From: Camelus dromedarius
Lineage: Eukaryota
NCBI RefSeq assembly: GCF_036321535.1
Contig: NC_087437.1
Coordinates: 67,830,001-67,894,000, forward strand
Direction of reading: 5' to 3'
Length of the DNA stretch: 64,000 nt
The position numbers were made by a program, and so were the translations under genes. Shown in pieces: positions 50,601-62,406 of the stretch (position 1 is its first letter; every line of letters starts with the position of its first letter). The notes under the pieces were generated by a model. The model saw nothing but the letters and a program-made list of their open reading frames with translations, was not told where the DNA came from and made no database searches.

Positions 50601-51761
50601 GATAACAGCAGATATTTAAAACAGCTGTACACGGTTCTAAGAGATTTGAATACTCTTGTAAGGGAGACATTTTGGCTCCATTTGATTGGCTAGAATCAGT
50701 TCAGAGGCTTTAGGCAACTAAGTTCATACCGTAAGAAAATGACAGAACCAAGATTGTAAATCAAGAGTGATTGACCCCAAGTCCCACTTTTATTCCACTT
50801 CATCATGTTGGCTCCACAGGTACCAGCAGTGGAGTATGTTTCAAGGCTGTATGCAGCTCCTATGAATTTCTTAAAACAATTCTACAATTACTAATTCAGT
50901 GGAGAGTTGACTCTTGGATATCCTTGCCAGCGTCTTGAATTTTCCAGGGGAAGTATTCTCTAGGGTCTCAGTATGGCAGTGAGCAGAAAGATTGCTGAAG
51001 ACACAAATTCTGATAGGATTCTGCAAGAAGAGCCAGGCGTGTCCTTGGATAACAGAGAAATGCAGCATCTAGATAAGGCTGCACTGGTGGCCTCTCTTGA
51101 TGTTGCTCTGAGGGGCTTCCGCATTAATAGTGAGGTTTTATGAGAAGTGAGATTGGATAAGAAGGAGCATGTATGAGTTTCCTTCCTTTGCATCATTTGA
51201 GTTTTAAGGCATCCAGGTAATTTCAGAGTCTGCAACAATTCTTTACTTACTAATTTGGATGTAGATTTTCAGCTTCAACATGAATTGTGATGCTCAAGAA
51301 GAAAGTTATATGAGTTACACTATTGTCTTAGATGCATACTCTTTTTTTTTTTTTTTTGACTTTACAGATATTCAACAACCATTCCTTTTCTCTCCCTCAT
51401 TCAGTGTCAATCTCTTGACTTACTGTCCTTTCTTAGATGGAGGAGGATTTCCTCCTGACCCGGGAACTGGCTAGTTTTGAATAAAATTTTAATGACCTAC
51501 ATCAACCCTACCTTCAGACAACGCCCCTATTAACTGATGTCACTTAGGTATTGACGTTATAGTGAAAGACCAGTGCATCCAGTGGCCAGGCTGTAAAAGG
51601 ACAACAAAATATCATCACACAAAGGATGTTACTCCTCATGGCCTTAGGCAGAGATGAATAAAAATCCACCTTTGAAATGGGTATAAACTGAAATATGGAC
51701 TTGGCTTAGCAGTGTTGCCAAGGTATCCTCTTTTGTCAGAAACACTGTCAATGGCTTAGAG

Positions 51762-51984
51762 CACAGATGAGCAGACTCTATGTAAAGGGCCAGATTAGTA
51801 AGTATTTTGGGCTTTGTGGGCCACCCAGTCTCTGTTGCAATTATCCAGTTCTGCTTTTGTGGCATGAAAGCTGCCACAGGCAATATGTAAATGAAGGAGC
51901 ATGGCTGTGCTCTAATCAAACTTTATTTACAAAAACAGGTGGTGGTCTATATTTGGACCATCATCCTTAGTTTGCTAATCCCTG
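51762..51984 (+). mobile_element. MER58A hAT-Charlie MITE, full length
   Basis: 223 bp; 'tgtaaagggccagattagtaagtattttgggctttgtgggcca...aaactttatttacaaaaacagg...tttgctaatccctg'; 8-bp duplication GCTTAGAG (51754-51761) / GCTTAAAG (51985-51992). Confidence 0.9.
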
Positions 51985-51999
51985 GCTTAAAGTCACAGA

Positions 52000-52170
52000 G
52001 AGGTAAAACTGGAAACTAATCTAGTCAGCTTTCACATTTTAGAGATAAGGGAACAAAAGTCCAAAGAGAAGGTGAATTGTCTCATATAACCTAGCTGTTT
52101 CCTGCCAAATGGAGATGTAAAACCCAGTTTTGTGACTCCCAGTCCAATACTGTTTGCACTGCACCAAATT
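52000..52170 (-). mobile_element. MIR SINE
   Basis: 'cattttagagataagggaac...aacccagttttgtgactcccagtcca'. Confidence 0.6.
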
Positions 52171-53069
52171 GTATCTTGCTTTTTGATTCATCTTTCCCCT
52201 GGCTTCTCTTCTCAGCCTCTAATCATGATGCACAGTCATTTGTGTTCCTGATGTCGGCACAAAAAGTTCTGAACCTATTTATTCTTAAAATTGGAGAGAA
52301 ACATCTTACTTTTGATACATTTTTTTTCTTGTTGAAACTTTGCACAGGCAAATCACTCTAAATTTGAATGGCAGAATTCTTGTTTTAAAACATGACATCT
52401 CGCAGGAAAGTTTTTACAGACATTGATGGAGAGCCCCTTTCCTCAAATGCTTCCCCACAACCAAACATTCCAAGTGTAATGTTTATCTTACATTCACAAC
52501 AGAGACCTATGTAATTTTTCGAATACAGTCAAGAATGACCTAGATTTATTGAGGCTTTTTGGTAGGAGGCCTTTGTAGTCTTTTCGTCTTACAGCTTGGA
52601 CCTAATTATAGCTGATTCATTTGGAGGAATAATAGTCTCGATGAAACAAAGGATCTGGACTGAGGCAGCGTGATTGCTTTCCTCAGAGAAATTCTGTAAC
52701 GTGTTTGCATTTAGTTCTTCTATCGTTTTCACTTGACTTGTCAATAGAAGAGATGTGGGGTAACTTGCAGATCCATTCATTGGTGGAAGATGCATCCATT
52801 CACATTGGTACTTTTAGTTATCTCAGTGTTGTGTGTGTTCCTATTAATCTCACAAACACAATGAAGTGCTTCTCAGGCTACGGGTGCACAGCACAAGGTA
52901 GAGTGCATTTTTGGCCATTATCCAGTTTATTTGGTCAATGTAGACAGTCAATCTAGGTAATTGAGGACCTAAATTGGATTTTCTGGCCATAATTATCCCT
53001 GTTTGTCCATACACATCCATCAAATTTATCAGATAATTGCCATATTGCTTCATTTTGTGCTGTCCTGAC

Positions 53070-53250
53070 TCAGACTGACTAAAAAGGAAAGAGAACTGGC
53101 CTGCAAATGAGCTTGGGTCTAGTTTTGATTTTGTCACTGGTTGTGTGACCTTTGGGCAAAGTGTTGAACATCTCTGGATCTTTCTCCCTTTCTGGATATG
53201 GACCTGTGAGTACCTATAAGGGTTATATCTGAGGCTGCCTTCAACTTTAA
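53070..53250 (+). mobile_element. MIR SINE
   Basis: 'cttgggtctag...gtcactggttgtgtgacctttgggcaaagtgttgaacatctctgga'. Confidence 0.65.
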
Positions 53251-53345
53251 TTATCTTGAACTGGGTTAGGGCTACATGCTGTAACTATGTGGGGTTTATT
53301 TTTATTTAAATTTTATTTCAAAATATTTGACAGTACATTTAAAAA

Positions 53346-53542
53346 TGATCTTTATTTAGAGAACTCTCTGAAACCATTAAAGAGATCCTGGGGACTGCCC
53401 AGTCTGCAGACTGCAGTGTTGATGGCTGCCACCCTCATGACATCATAGATGACAACAGTGATATGGTGGAATGCCCAGAGAGTTAAGAACTACAAGGAAA
53501 AATGATTCAATAAAGGGTTATTTGACAAAAGAAAAAAAAAAA
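53346..53542 (+). pseudogene. RPL12: 5'-truncated processed pseudogene of 60S ribosomal protein L12 (uL11)
   Basis: 53358-53486 translates [42 protein letters not shown], matching the RPL12 C-terminus ([43 protein letters not shown]); short 3' UTR, AATAAA at 53509-53514 and A tail at 53527-53542. Confidence 0.95.
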
Positions 53543-55149
53543 GATTAATATGGTGAGTTTTAAGGTATGTGTCTTCTATTAACTATTTGTTTTTAAATTG
53601 AGTTAGGGATTCAGAGTCCATCCATCACTTCTAGAGTGAATGATCGGATTTTGTGATCTTAGTGACTAAAAGAACTAATTTCCCCTTGTTTTAGTCATTA
53701 AGATAGCCAGATAAGATTGACCATTTGATATCTGATCAATCGCTTATCATTTGTCTATACTATCTTGATTGAGGGCTGAGAAGGGTCAGCCGTGACGGCC
53801 TGAACTCTTTCCCTGGTGTCCAGGATATGCAGAGGATGGAAGAACAGACCATCCCATTAGTTTCTCACTTTTGTCACTTATAACCTGGTAAAAAGCAAGC
53901 CAAGGTGGATTTCTTTCCAGGCCAAATTTGTGAGCTGACATCTTGTATTTGCTTCCTAAATAGGAGGAAGAAGAGAGGTGATCTGAGCAAAATGAGGTAC
54001 TTTAAGATAACCACTGCATTGTACAAGTCAAGGGTATAAAGGTAGCCAGGCGCTGCGTAGCACCTTAGTGTACTGGATTATAAAGTTTAGTACATGAATT
54101 AAAGTGTAGATTCATTGACTTGCCAGCGTCTAGTACATGACCTAACTTAGAATCCTGAGAAAAGGGCTTGCAATGGGATTTAAAGGAAGTGGCATAGTTT
54201 CCTTCCTCCCTAATCAATCCTTGACCTTTCCATTTCCTGTTTCCTTTGGCTGCTGACCTGACTAATTCTGACGACCTTGTTACTGCGTGCCTAGTTCTCT
54301 ACTTTCTTCAGTTCCAGATCTGACTGGCTTGTCCCTAATTGTTTCATCTCTGCTCTTTACCAGCTGTCAGCTTCTGAATGAGTCCTTTTCATCCTTTACT
54401 TTGTACCTTCTGCAATTTTCTGCTCCATCACTGTGAAATTCAGAACACAGTTATCTATGACTTAGAAATCATTCATTGAGGGGGTGGGAAGTTTTTTATG
54501 CCCCTGTGGTTTTGGATTTGGCCAAGGGCAATTAGAAGAAAAAGATGGGAAGGAAAATGAAAGTGTCAGGTAGTCTCTACAGGAGTTCTGAGCTGCTCAG
54601 AAGAATTTAAACTCCCAAGAGAAGTGAGAATATTATTCTGCCATGCAGTTCTCCACCTCAATTCCACAGGAGACTTCTAAAAGCAAAGATTTCATATTCT
54701 ATTCTCAAGTCACACCAGATCCTAAATATTCTTGTATAGTTCATCTGATACTGTATAATTTTAACAGTATCTTTTATTCTTTGATGCAAATCCTGAAAGA
54801 TACATAAAAATCAGTATGTTGCCTGGGGCTTAGGTACATAGATACATTAAAGCACCTGTCTTATATTCTTGTTATTTAAAATATTTTACTACAGTTGTAG
54901 TCACAATTAAACCACTGAATCCAAAACAGATGGTATTCCAAATATTAATAAGTTTCTAAATATTGTAGTTGAGGAAAATAACTACAATAATTTAATCAAC
55001 AGGTATGATCAAGGACTAGAATATTAGAATTAGCTTAATTTTCCAGTGAACTGCAGGTTAAATTAATTTCTATATGGAACTAGCCTGGAATAAATATGCT
55101 TTTGATTAGAATTTAGGGACATAATTTTCTCTGTGTTGCTCTTCATTAA

Positions 55150-55287
55150 AGGCAGGTTGCTGGACTCCACCTCTAGTGTTTTGGATTAAAGAAGTGTGAG
55201 ATAGAGTCTAAGAATTTTTGTTTCCAACAAGTTCTCAGGTGATGCTGATGTTGCTGGTTTGAGGACCATACTCATACCATACCACTG
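55150..55287. mobile_element. MER5A-like hAT relic
   Basis: 'ttccaacaagttctcaggtgatgctgatgttgctggtttgaggaccatact...accactg'. Confidence 0.75.
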
Positions 55288-58184
55288 TTCTCAGCTGTAT
55301 GTTAATATAATGGTATATTCATAGAATTACTTAAAATCTTTGTGGACATTTACTTATAGGATCATATTCCTTTTCTAATAATGTCTGTTAAGCTAACATG
55401 CACTCTCAGCTAAGATTTCTCTAAATTTGGAGAGTAAATGACCTTGCCTATGGATAATAAGGCCTAACTCTTATTTCTTAAATTTGACAAAGACTGATTA
55501 AGTCTGACTGTGGTGATGAATAACATTTCCAAAAGGCAACTTACACACAATTCATCTGACCATCTTCAGCAGCCCAGATTGCTGTATTTTCTGCCTCTTG
55601 AACTTGATTTGTACCTGTTTTCATCACTCCTGTTGCCTGGGTACCAGTTAACCAGGAATCTTCTGTGCTTCGATAGTGCCTTTATTCTCAATTTGAGTGG
55701 CCATAGAAAACAAATAGCTGATTAGAAATAACTTTTGTGGACTGAATGAGATTGGAAATACCTACTTGGCCTAAAATTGCTTAGAAAAAATATGACACTA
55801 ACCTGAACCTTTCCAGAAACAGCAAAAAGCATAAGTGATTAAAAGAATACATGGTCATTTCTTGCTTGGACAGGTTTTTGCAAATTCATTTACATTAAGG
55901 AACAGTATTTATTGTCATGTTGTTCAGGCAGCATAGTAGTTTTCGTGATGTTAGCTCTGGTGCAATGCAGTAAGAACAGATGCTTGAGCCAACTTGGGAT
56001 CCGGGGGCATTCTGGGTCCTCTGAAACAGGTGAAGATTTGAAAAGTTTTCTTGCACCTTAGGGATGCCTAGGGTGAAGGCTCAGACTTCTGGGGTGACCC
56101 AGAGATGCCTCCTGTATTCATAACATCTGTGCATGTCATTATACAGCCAACTGTCACCCTGGCAAACTTCTGAAAAGTCCACACTGCCTGGATTACTTCC
56201 TTGGAAAAATAAGCCTGGATGCTGAGACTAAGACTTCACAATCTGATTTTGTAAATGATTTCTCCTTAGCTGATGTTATTCCATTCTTAACAAATCTATT
56301 AAGACTAGGATAATGAACCATAAGGGTTATTGACAATAACTTTGCCCATAGGAAAAGGTAATAGTGTGTTAGAAACAGGCTTATTTAAAACAGAAATTAA
56401 ATTGATCAAGTTAATCAAATGAGAAATTCAGAAGGTTATACCACTCAGACTCATATTTATTCATAGACTAGAATAGAAAGACCAGAGCTTTCCTGTTTTT
56501 TAAATTCCTAAACCATTGTCTCTTAACTTAGAATACATTAATCCAAAGGGAAAACAGCTTTCTCTATCTATCTACCGGAAATGGCAATGCAATTTAAAAC
56601 TGTATCATCTTTTCTGTAGTCTCTTATGAATCTATTTGTTTACGTGACTTCCATCAGTTCACTGATGTAATTTCTTTAAAACCTCATCAGCAAACATATG
56701 TTTCTTGAGTGGTTCATATCTTAGCCTTAAAATGTGTTATGCTTTTCAGTTCTGGAGGAGAAATTGCTTTGCATTTATATCAAAACCAAGTCCTTGGTTG
56801 CAGTAAAGGATTGACCTAGTTATTGAAAATGATAGTAAGAGAAAGAACTAGTGATGCACACCATTACTGTCTCCTAACATCTCTCAGCTGGTAAGTCACG
56901 GTCTGAATTCCAAGCCAAATCTTCTATCTTCCAATCCTTGTTGGTTTACAGTCTGTCACATAGATGCTTTATTGCTATATGCAGGGAGCTTACACAACCA
57001 AATGGGTCAGAGAAAAAAACATGCATGCACAAGTCAAAAAGCAATAGGATGACGCTGAAGAGGCACTCTAGCATAAATAATATACATGCATGAACCAACA
57101 ACTGTATACACATGGATATTCTCTTTGTGAGTTTATGATAGCCCATGGAACTTTGTTGTTTTTCTGTTTTTGATAGAAGTTGGTAAGTTTCCTCCTCCTT
57201 GGAATTTTATTGGTTACATTTTGTTGATTTTCTGAAAATCCAACACACTTTGATTATTTCTTGGGTCCATTTTCCATATCCTTGTCCTTTCTGCAATCTT
57301 CAAGGGCTTTACCAAAGTCCTTCAGCTTGCAGATAAACATACCTCAAATCCACAACAGATAACTGAACTGTTTAGTAGTTACTAGTATGTACTAAACCAC
57401 TTTGCACAGAATTGATGATGGAAATTAATATTTATTATTTACACATGCAGAAAGATATACATATTTATTTCCTTTAATCCTATCACTGTTTTATAAATAT
57501 TGTACTGAATCCATCAATAATACAACATGCTTCCATTAATCCCAAGAAATAATTAGAAAACATTTATGATAATGATAATATTACTTTGTACAAATATTAC
57601 ACAAACCCATTAAACCCTTAGGGAAAAATCACAGCTGCTAAGAATGTCAGATGCCCTGTCTGCTCTGAAATAGATAGTAGGCTGCTGATTTGATATTTAA
57701 TGGAAAATTAAGCTAATCAAATAATATTAAAAAATAGACATTAGCCCCTTGACCTTATATCTTGGCTAAGGCAGATTGTCTTCAAAATTGAATCCTATCT
57801 TATAAAGTGTGTATGTTGTGCTTTTTCCTGTAATACATTCTAGCTTCATATCCTTTGAAAAGTTGTGTTCCATAACATTCAGCTGTTGACAATGGTGTTC
57901 AGTGATGGGTCAAGGTTTTTCAATGAGCCTTTGCCACTTGCCTTTATTGTTGGTCCATGAATGCTGCCATACTAAATTACTTCTTCTGATATGTATTAGA
58001 AAAGTCGTGACCCTGCTTCATGTCATACTATTGTTAGAAAATGTTTCCAAGTAGCCATTTAGTGACACTACAACTCTGTTGATTAACATAGTACCAGCAA
58101 TTTAAGGGTATCCACACCAATCCACTCAAAGATTTATACTCTATATGGTAATTTATACAATGTGGTATTGCTGGCATAGTTATG

Positions 58185-58400
58185 AGTAGTAGTATGTTTG
58201 GAACTACCAACAGAATCCCAGGTTTTATATTGTGAATGTGCTCTTAACTTCATATTATACCACTGACACTGACAAATGGGGAAAGTTACTTTTTTGATTG
58301 TCAGTTTTAACATCTGGAATAATAATGCTATACCATAGAGTAGTCAGAAAGTTTAACTTAAATAACTTACATGGAAGCATTTATTGTCCTGATGAGATTA
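58185..58400 (+). mobile_element. MIR SINE
   Basis: 'cagttttaacatctggaataataatgctataccatagagt...aataacttacatggaagcattta'. Confidence 0.5.
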
Positions 58401-58479
58401 TGCAGGTCCCTTTACAGACGTAAGACTTCCTTTCATCTATCCTTCCTTTCTTGTATCAAGCTGAAATCTCTCTCCCTTT

Positions 58480-58665
58480 GCTTGTATCCCTTAGACAGAG
58501 ACAGCACCGTGGATCCATTGATGTTATGGTTACTTATGTACGGACCTCTCTGCCTTACGAGGGCAAGGGGCTTGTGACCTTGTTCTACACTACGGCTAGC
58601 ACAGTGCTTTTCAGAGAAACCTGTGTGGTAAATATTTCTATTAATTCGTTACAGAATTTTTGAAT
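58480..58665 (+). mobile_element. L2 3' end
   Basis: 'gagggcaaggggcttgtgaccttgttc...ctagcacagtgc...taaatatttctattaatt'. Confidence 0.6.
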
Positions 58666-60126
58666 CAAGCCAAGTTAGTGAGTATTTCAGAATCCACTTC
58701 TTGGAGAAGGTATTCTCTCCTGTCACATGGTTCCCAGTTAATCATTGTAATCTCACTACATGTGCATGCACATGTGTGTGTATGTGACAGAGAGACACAT
58801 GCAGATAGACACAAGGGAGGTGAGGGAGAAGCAGCATCAAGGCCTTCTGCTTTATTGAGTGAAGAGCATGATTGGGGAATTCTTTCTACTGTAGAAAGAA
58901 TTTTTATTTTCAGCTGAGACAATTGGAAGGTGAGAGATCTTTATGAGAAAGGTGGAATCAAAATCTAGCAACTAAGATTCACCAACAATCGGAGAACAGC
59001 AGGTGCAGGTGGAAGAATAGGGAGGCCTGTGTGAGTATTGAGCCTTTACGGGAGACACTCCTGGTCTGGGGTTTGGGAACAATTTCTGTGGTGAGGATAC
59101 AAAGCAGGTCCCCCTGACGTGAATGCTCCAAGGGAGAGGTGCCGGGGCACTGAGCCTGCTGCAGCTCTGCCCTGTTCTTTCAAAGGCTTCACTTTATTAC
59201 TTTCTAACCAAGTAGCTTCAGACCATGCTTCATGTTTGCAGTGGGTTTAACAGTCATGTTTTATTAATTCATCCTTATAGCTTTGCTCTGGGCTACATTT
59301 GTATTATTAGCCTTGTTTCATAGACAAAAAGGCTGATGCTCAGAGGCATTCGGTATACAAATACAGGCAGAAAATGAAAGGCCCATGTCCAGCAAAACAA
59401 GAGTCACTACTTTGGCCCCTGAAAAAAAAAAGCTGACTTAAGCTCCTCTGTCTTCCCCCTTCTCAAAGTACGTTTCACTTTTTTTTTTCTTGTCAACTTG
59501 ACTACTTCTTTAGACCCAGCATGATGAGGATAGGTAATCCCGCTTTTATTAAAGTGAAAGACAAGAAGAAGAAACATGCTACAAAACTGTCATGAAAATC
59601 CTATTAATCATCCAAGCAATCAAATGTGGGACACTGAGATCAGTATTAGCGACTGATGTCTGAAACTAGCCACTTAGGCCTGTCATGGGTGACATCTCAG
59701 CCAGCCTTCTGTGTCACCCAGGGAACGCACAGGCAGTCCTGGCCAAAGTAGCGGAAGTGGAGTGGAAGGAAAGAGTCAGTGACAGCTCTGCCTGGATGCT
59801 GGCAGAGAGGACTAGACAATGAGTCTAATCTCTAAGAAAGAGTGATGTGATATTAAGAAATTAAAAAAAAAATCTATCTAAAATTCCTAGCTAATTTTTT
59901 GAATAGCCTCAAACATGGCTATTTGGATTCTATTTACTAAATTCAGCTCACTTGAAATGCCCTTTAAAACTTCACTGCTTAGTCATTATCTCTTCCTGAA
60001 AGCCCAGTTCTGTATCATAAAACCTTCCAGTTACTGCACTGTCCCATGAATGGCCACCTCACTGTTCCTCTGTTGGCACTGTGTGTGTGAACCCCTCTTA
60101 ACTTGGTATTGAAATCTTGCAGCACT

Positions 60127-60345
60127 GTTTTTTTAATTGTTGTACAGTCAGTGTAGAATGTGTCAATTTCTGGTATACAGTATGTTTCTGTCATACATGT
60201 AGATACCTATGTTAGCTTTCATATTCTTTCACATTATAGGTTACTACTAGATATTGAATGTAGTTACCTGTGCTATACAGAAGAAACTTGTTTATCTATT
60301 TTATATAAACTAGTTAATATTTGCAAATCTCAAACTCCCAATTTG
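60127..60345 (-). mobile_element. L1 3' UTR terminal fragment (artiodactyl-type)
   Basis: 'aatgtgtcaatttctggtatacag...ttactactagatattgaatgtagttacctgtgctatacagaagaaacttg'; same family as 5407-5805. Confidence 0.85.
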
Positions 60346-61483
60346 TGAACGTTTCTGTTTTGTTTTCCCACTTAAAAACATCCTCTTTTAGGTACAAGGT
60401 GCCATGTATGTATTTATGTTCTCATTCACATCTAGCACAGGAGGTGGGCTTGTGTAATTTGAAGGCTAGCTATGAGGATTAGGAAAGGAATCCCAATGCC
60501 TTTTCTTCTTGAGTCTTTGAATTATGGGGTGAGAAAAAAGAAGCCCCCCACATCCATGTTCGAGTTTTTAACAGAAGCTTTTAGTCTTGGGGTTGGTGAC
60601 GGGGACATAGACTGAAAAGGAGAGCAAGAGTTTGAACCTGTAGAGGGGACATTCTGTGACATTCATCCCATTCATTTCTTTGACAAAGCAGAGAACTTGG
60701 GATGAATAAAACATGCCAGATAAAAATCAAAGTGGGAAGGGAGTGTGCTCATGTGACGTGTTACTGGAGTCTCTGTCACTCCCTTCAATGCATACACACA
60801 CCACCACCTGGAAGCCTGCCAGAGCCTCTCAGGAGCTTCGTTTATCACACCTGAAGAAAAAGGAACTGCCAAGACGACCAGAAGGCATGATGCTGTCAGA
60901 CCACTCTGTCAGCCTGCCCATTCTGGGGCCTCAATGCAAATCAGAGCAGGTGGATGGAAGATGCACACGGGAATTTAAATAGGGACTGCAAGCTGAGCTG
61001 CATCTTGCTTATCGTTCACCCTGGGTGCCTCCCCTGTCACGACGGGGCTGGTCAGTGTTCCAGAGTAAGCCTCCCAAGACTTTATTTTATCTTTTCTCTG
61101 TCAGGGTATCTGGTTGCCAGATTTCTGAGCTAATTAAAAGGAGCAGAGACAGGTCTTGCTTTTTTTTCTTTTTTTCCCTCCTTAGTGAGTTATTGGCAGG
61201 ATTTCCAGTGTTTTAGGTCAGAGTTTATGGAAACAAGTCAAAAACACTGAGTGACTGGCAGTTCAAATCACTACAATGGCAGTCAGAAAGCACAGGAGCT
61301 TCCGTTCCTCAGGTGACATTGCCTCCCACAGCCTGCGGGATAGACCCCTTGCTGCTGGTTCCATAACGTTGTATGCGGGGATCCTCTCCATTTTAGAGGT
61401 GGAGACTGTGACCTGTTTGTTGCTCTGTCCTCTACCTAATGTAGGGTTTGTCACAGAGTAAATACTTCAAAAATGCTTGAGTT

Positions 61484-61610
61484 GGGGGGAGCGTATAGCT
61501 TAGTGGTGGAGTGCATGCTTAGCATGCATGAAGTCTTGGGTTCAATCCCCAGTACCACCATTAATTAATTAATTAACCTAATTACATCCCCCACCAAAAT
61601 AAAATGTTAG
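61484..61610 (+). mobile_element. tRNA-Ala(AGC)-derived SINE (camelid vic-1-like)
   Basis: 'ggggggagcgtatagcttagtggtggagtgcatgcttagcatgcatgaagtcttgggttcaatccccagtaccacca' has A box, AGC anticodon arm and B box, then an AT-rich tail; duplication AAAAATGCTTGAGTT (61469-61483) / AAAAAAGCTCGAGTC (61611-61625). Confidence 0.88.
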
Positions 61611-62229
61611 AAAAAAGCTCGAGTCGAGTTGGTTTATTTTAATACCCTGTCCCCAGGAAATGTAAAGTGTATCAGGCACATCTAACTTAATACAGTCAGA
61701 ATAAAGAAAAGGATGGAATGTAGTTTTCCACCTTCGTCTCAGTGCTGCTCTACATCGTTTGATTTTACTGGGCCGGTTTCTCCTTTGGTGCCTTTTTTTT
61801 TTTGCTATGCTTGTCTGTTGGTAATGTTCCAGGCCATCTGTCTGCCTAGGCCAGTCATGTATAGTGCATCAGAAGTTCTCCTCTGTGTGGAGGTCATAGT
61901 CACAGAAGGAATAAGGTCGGCTACTGGAGGACGAGCTCTGACTGTAGAATGATTTCCAAAATGTAGGGATGGAGAGTGTGAAACAGGACAAAGACATAGG
62001 AATTGAACAAAATGGAGACAAAGACACATAGCTTTATGTATACATCTATGGAATCACAGTATTTCTGTTCACAGACATGGGCAGATACCAATTTGTTACA
62101 TTCTTTAGGCTCTATGCTTGTTTAACTGTTAGGTGTTTTATTTTAATGAAAAGCTTCCTTACATCTATACTTCTGATTTTTAGCCAGAATCATATAATCA
62201 TATAGCCTAATATGATGTTAAGCTACTTC

Positions 62230-62232
<3 letters not shown>

Positions 62233-62263
<31 letters not shown>
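62233..62263. repeat. poly(A) tract, 31 nt
   Basis: Directly visible. Confidence 0.95.
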
Positions 62264-62264
<1 letters not shown>

Positions 62265-62287
62265 GAATTATTAAAAATGGCTTTAAA

Positions 62288-62406
62288 GGGGAGGGTATAG
62301 CTCAGTGGTAGAGCACATGCTTAGCATGCACAAGGTCCTGGGTTCAATCCCCGGTCCATCCATTAAACAAATAAACCTAGTTACCACCCCCAAATTAATA
62401 AAAACT
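62288..62406 (+). mobile_element. tRNA-Ala(AGC)-derived SINE (camelid vic-1-like)
   Basis: 'ggggagggtatagctcagtggtagagcacatgcttagcatgcacaaggtcctgggttcaatccccgg'; same 'aacctag/attac..ccccc' tail as the 61484 copy; duplication TTAAAAATGGCTTTAA (62271-62286) / TTAAAAAGGCTTTAA (62407-62421). Confidence 0.9.

Noticed and set aside
56630..56705. Hammerhead-ribozyme-like core on the minus strand (CTGATGA-ggttttaaa-GAAA-ttacatcagtgaactgatggaa-GTC)
   Set aside because: Stem II lacks the closing G-C pair and cannot form. Stem III is out of register with the UH site, and stem I needs a 3-nt gap. Other CTGATGA sites (e.g. 20906) lack a suitably placed GAAA.
58779..58796. Palindrome ACATGTGCATGCACATGT
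   Set aside because: It is part of an alternating purine-pyrimidine simple repeat, where such symmetry is expected.
61484..62365. Functional tRNA-Ala genes
   Set aside because: SINE tails, TSDs, imperfect acceptor stems and no oligo-T terminator directly downstream indicate retroposed SINEs.
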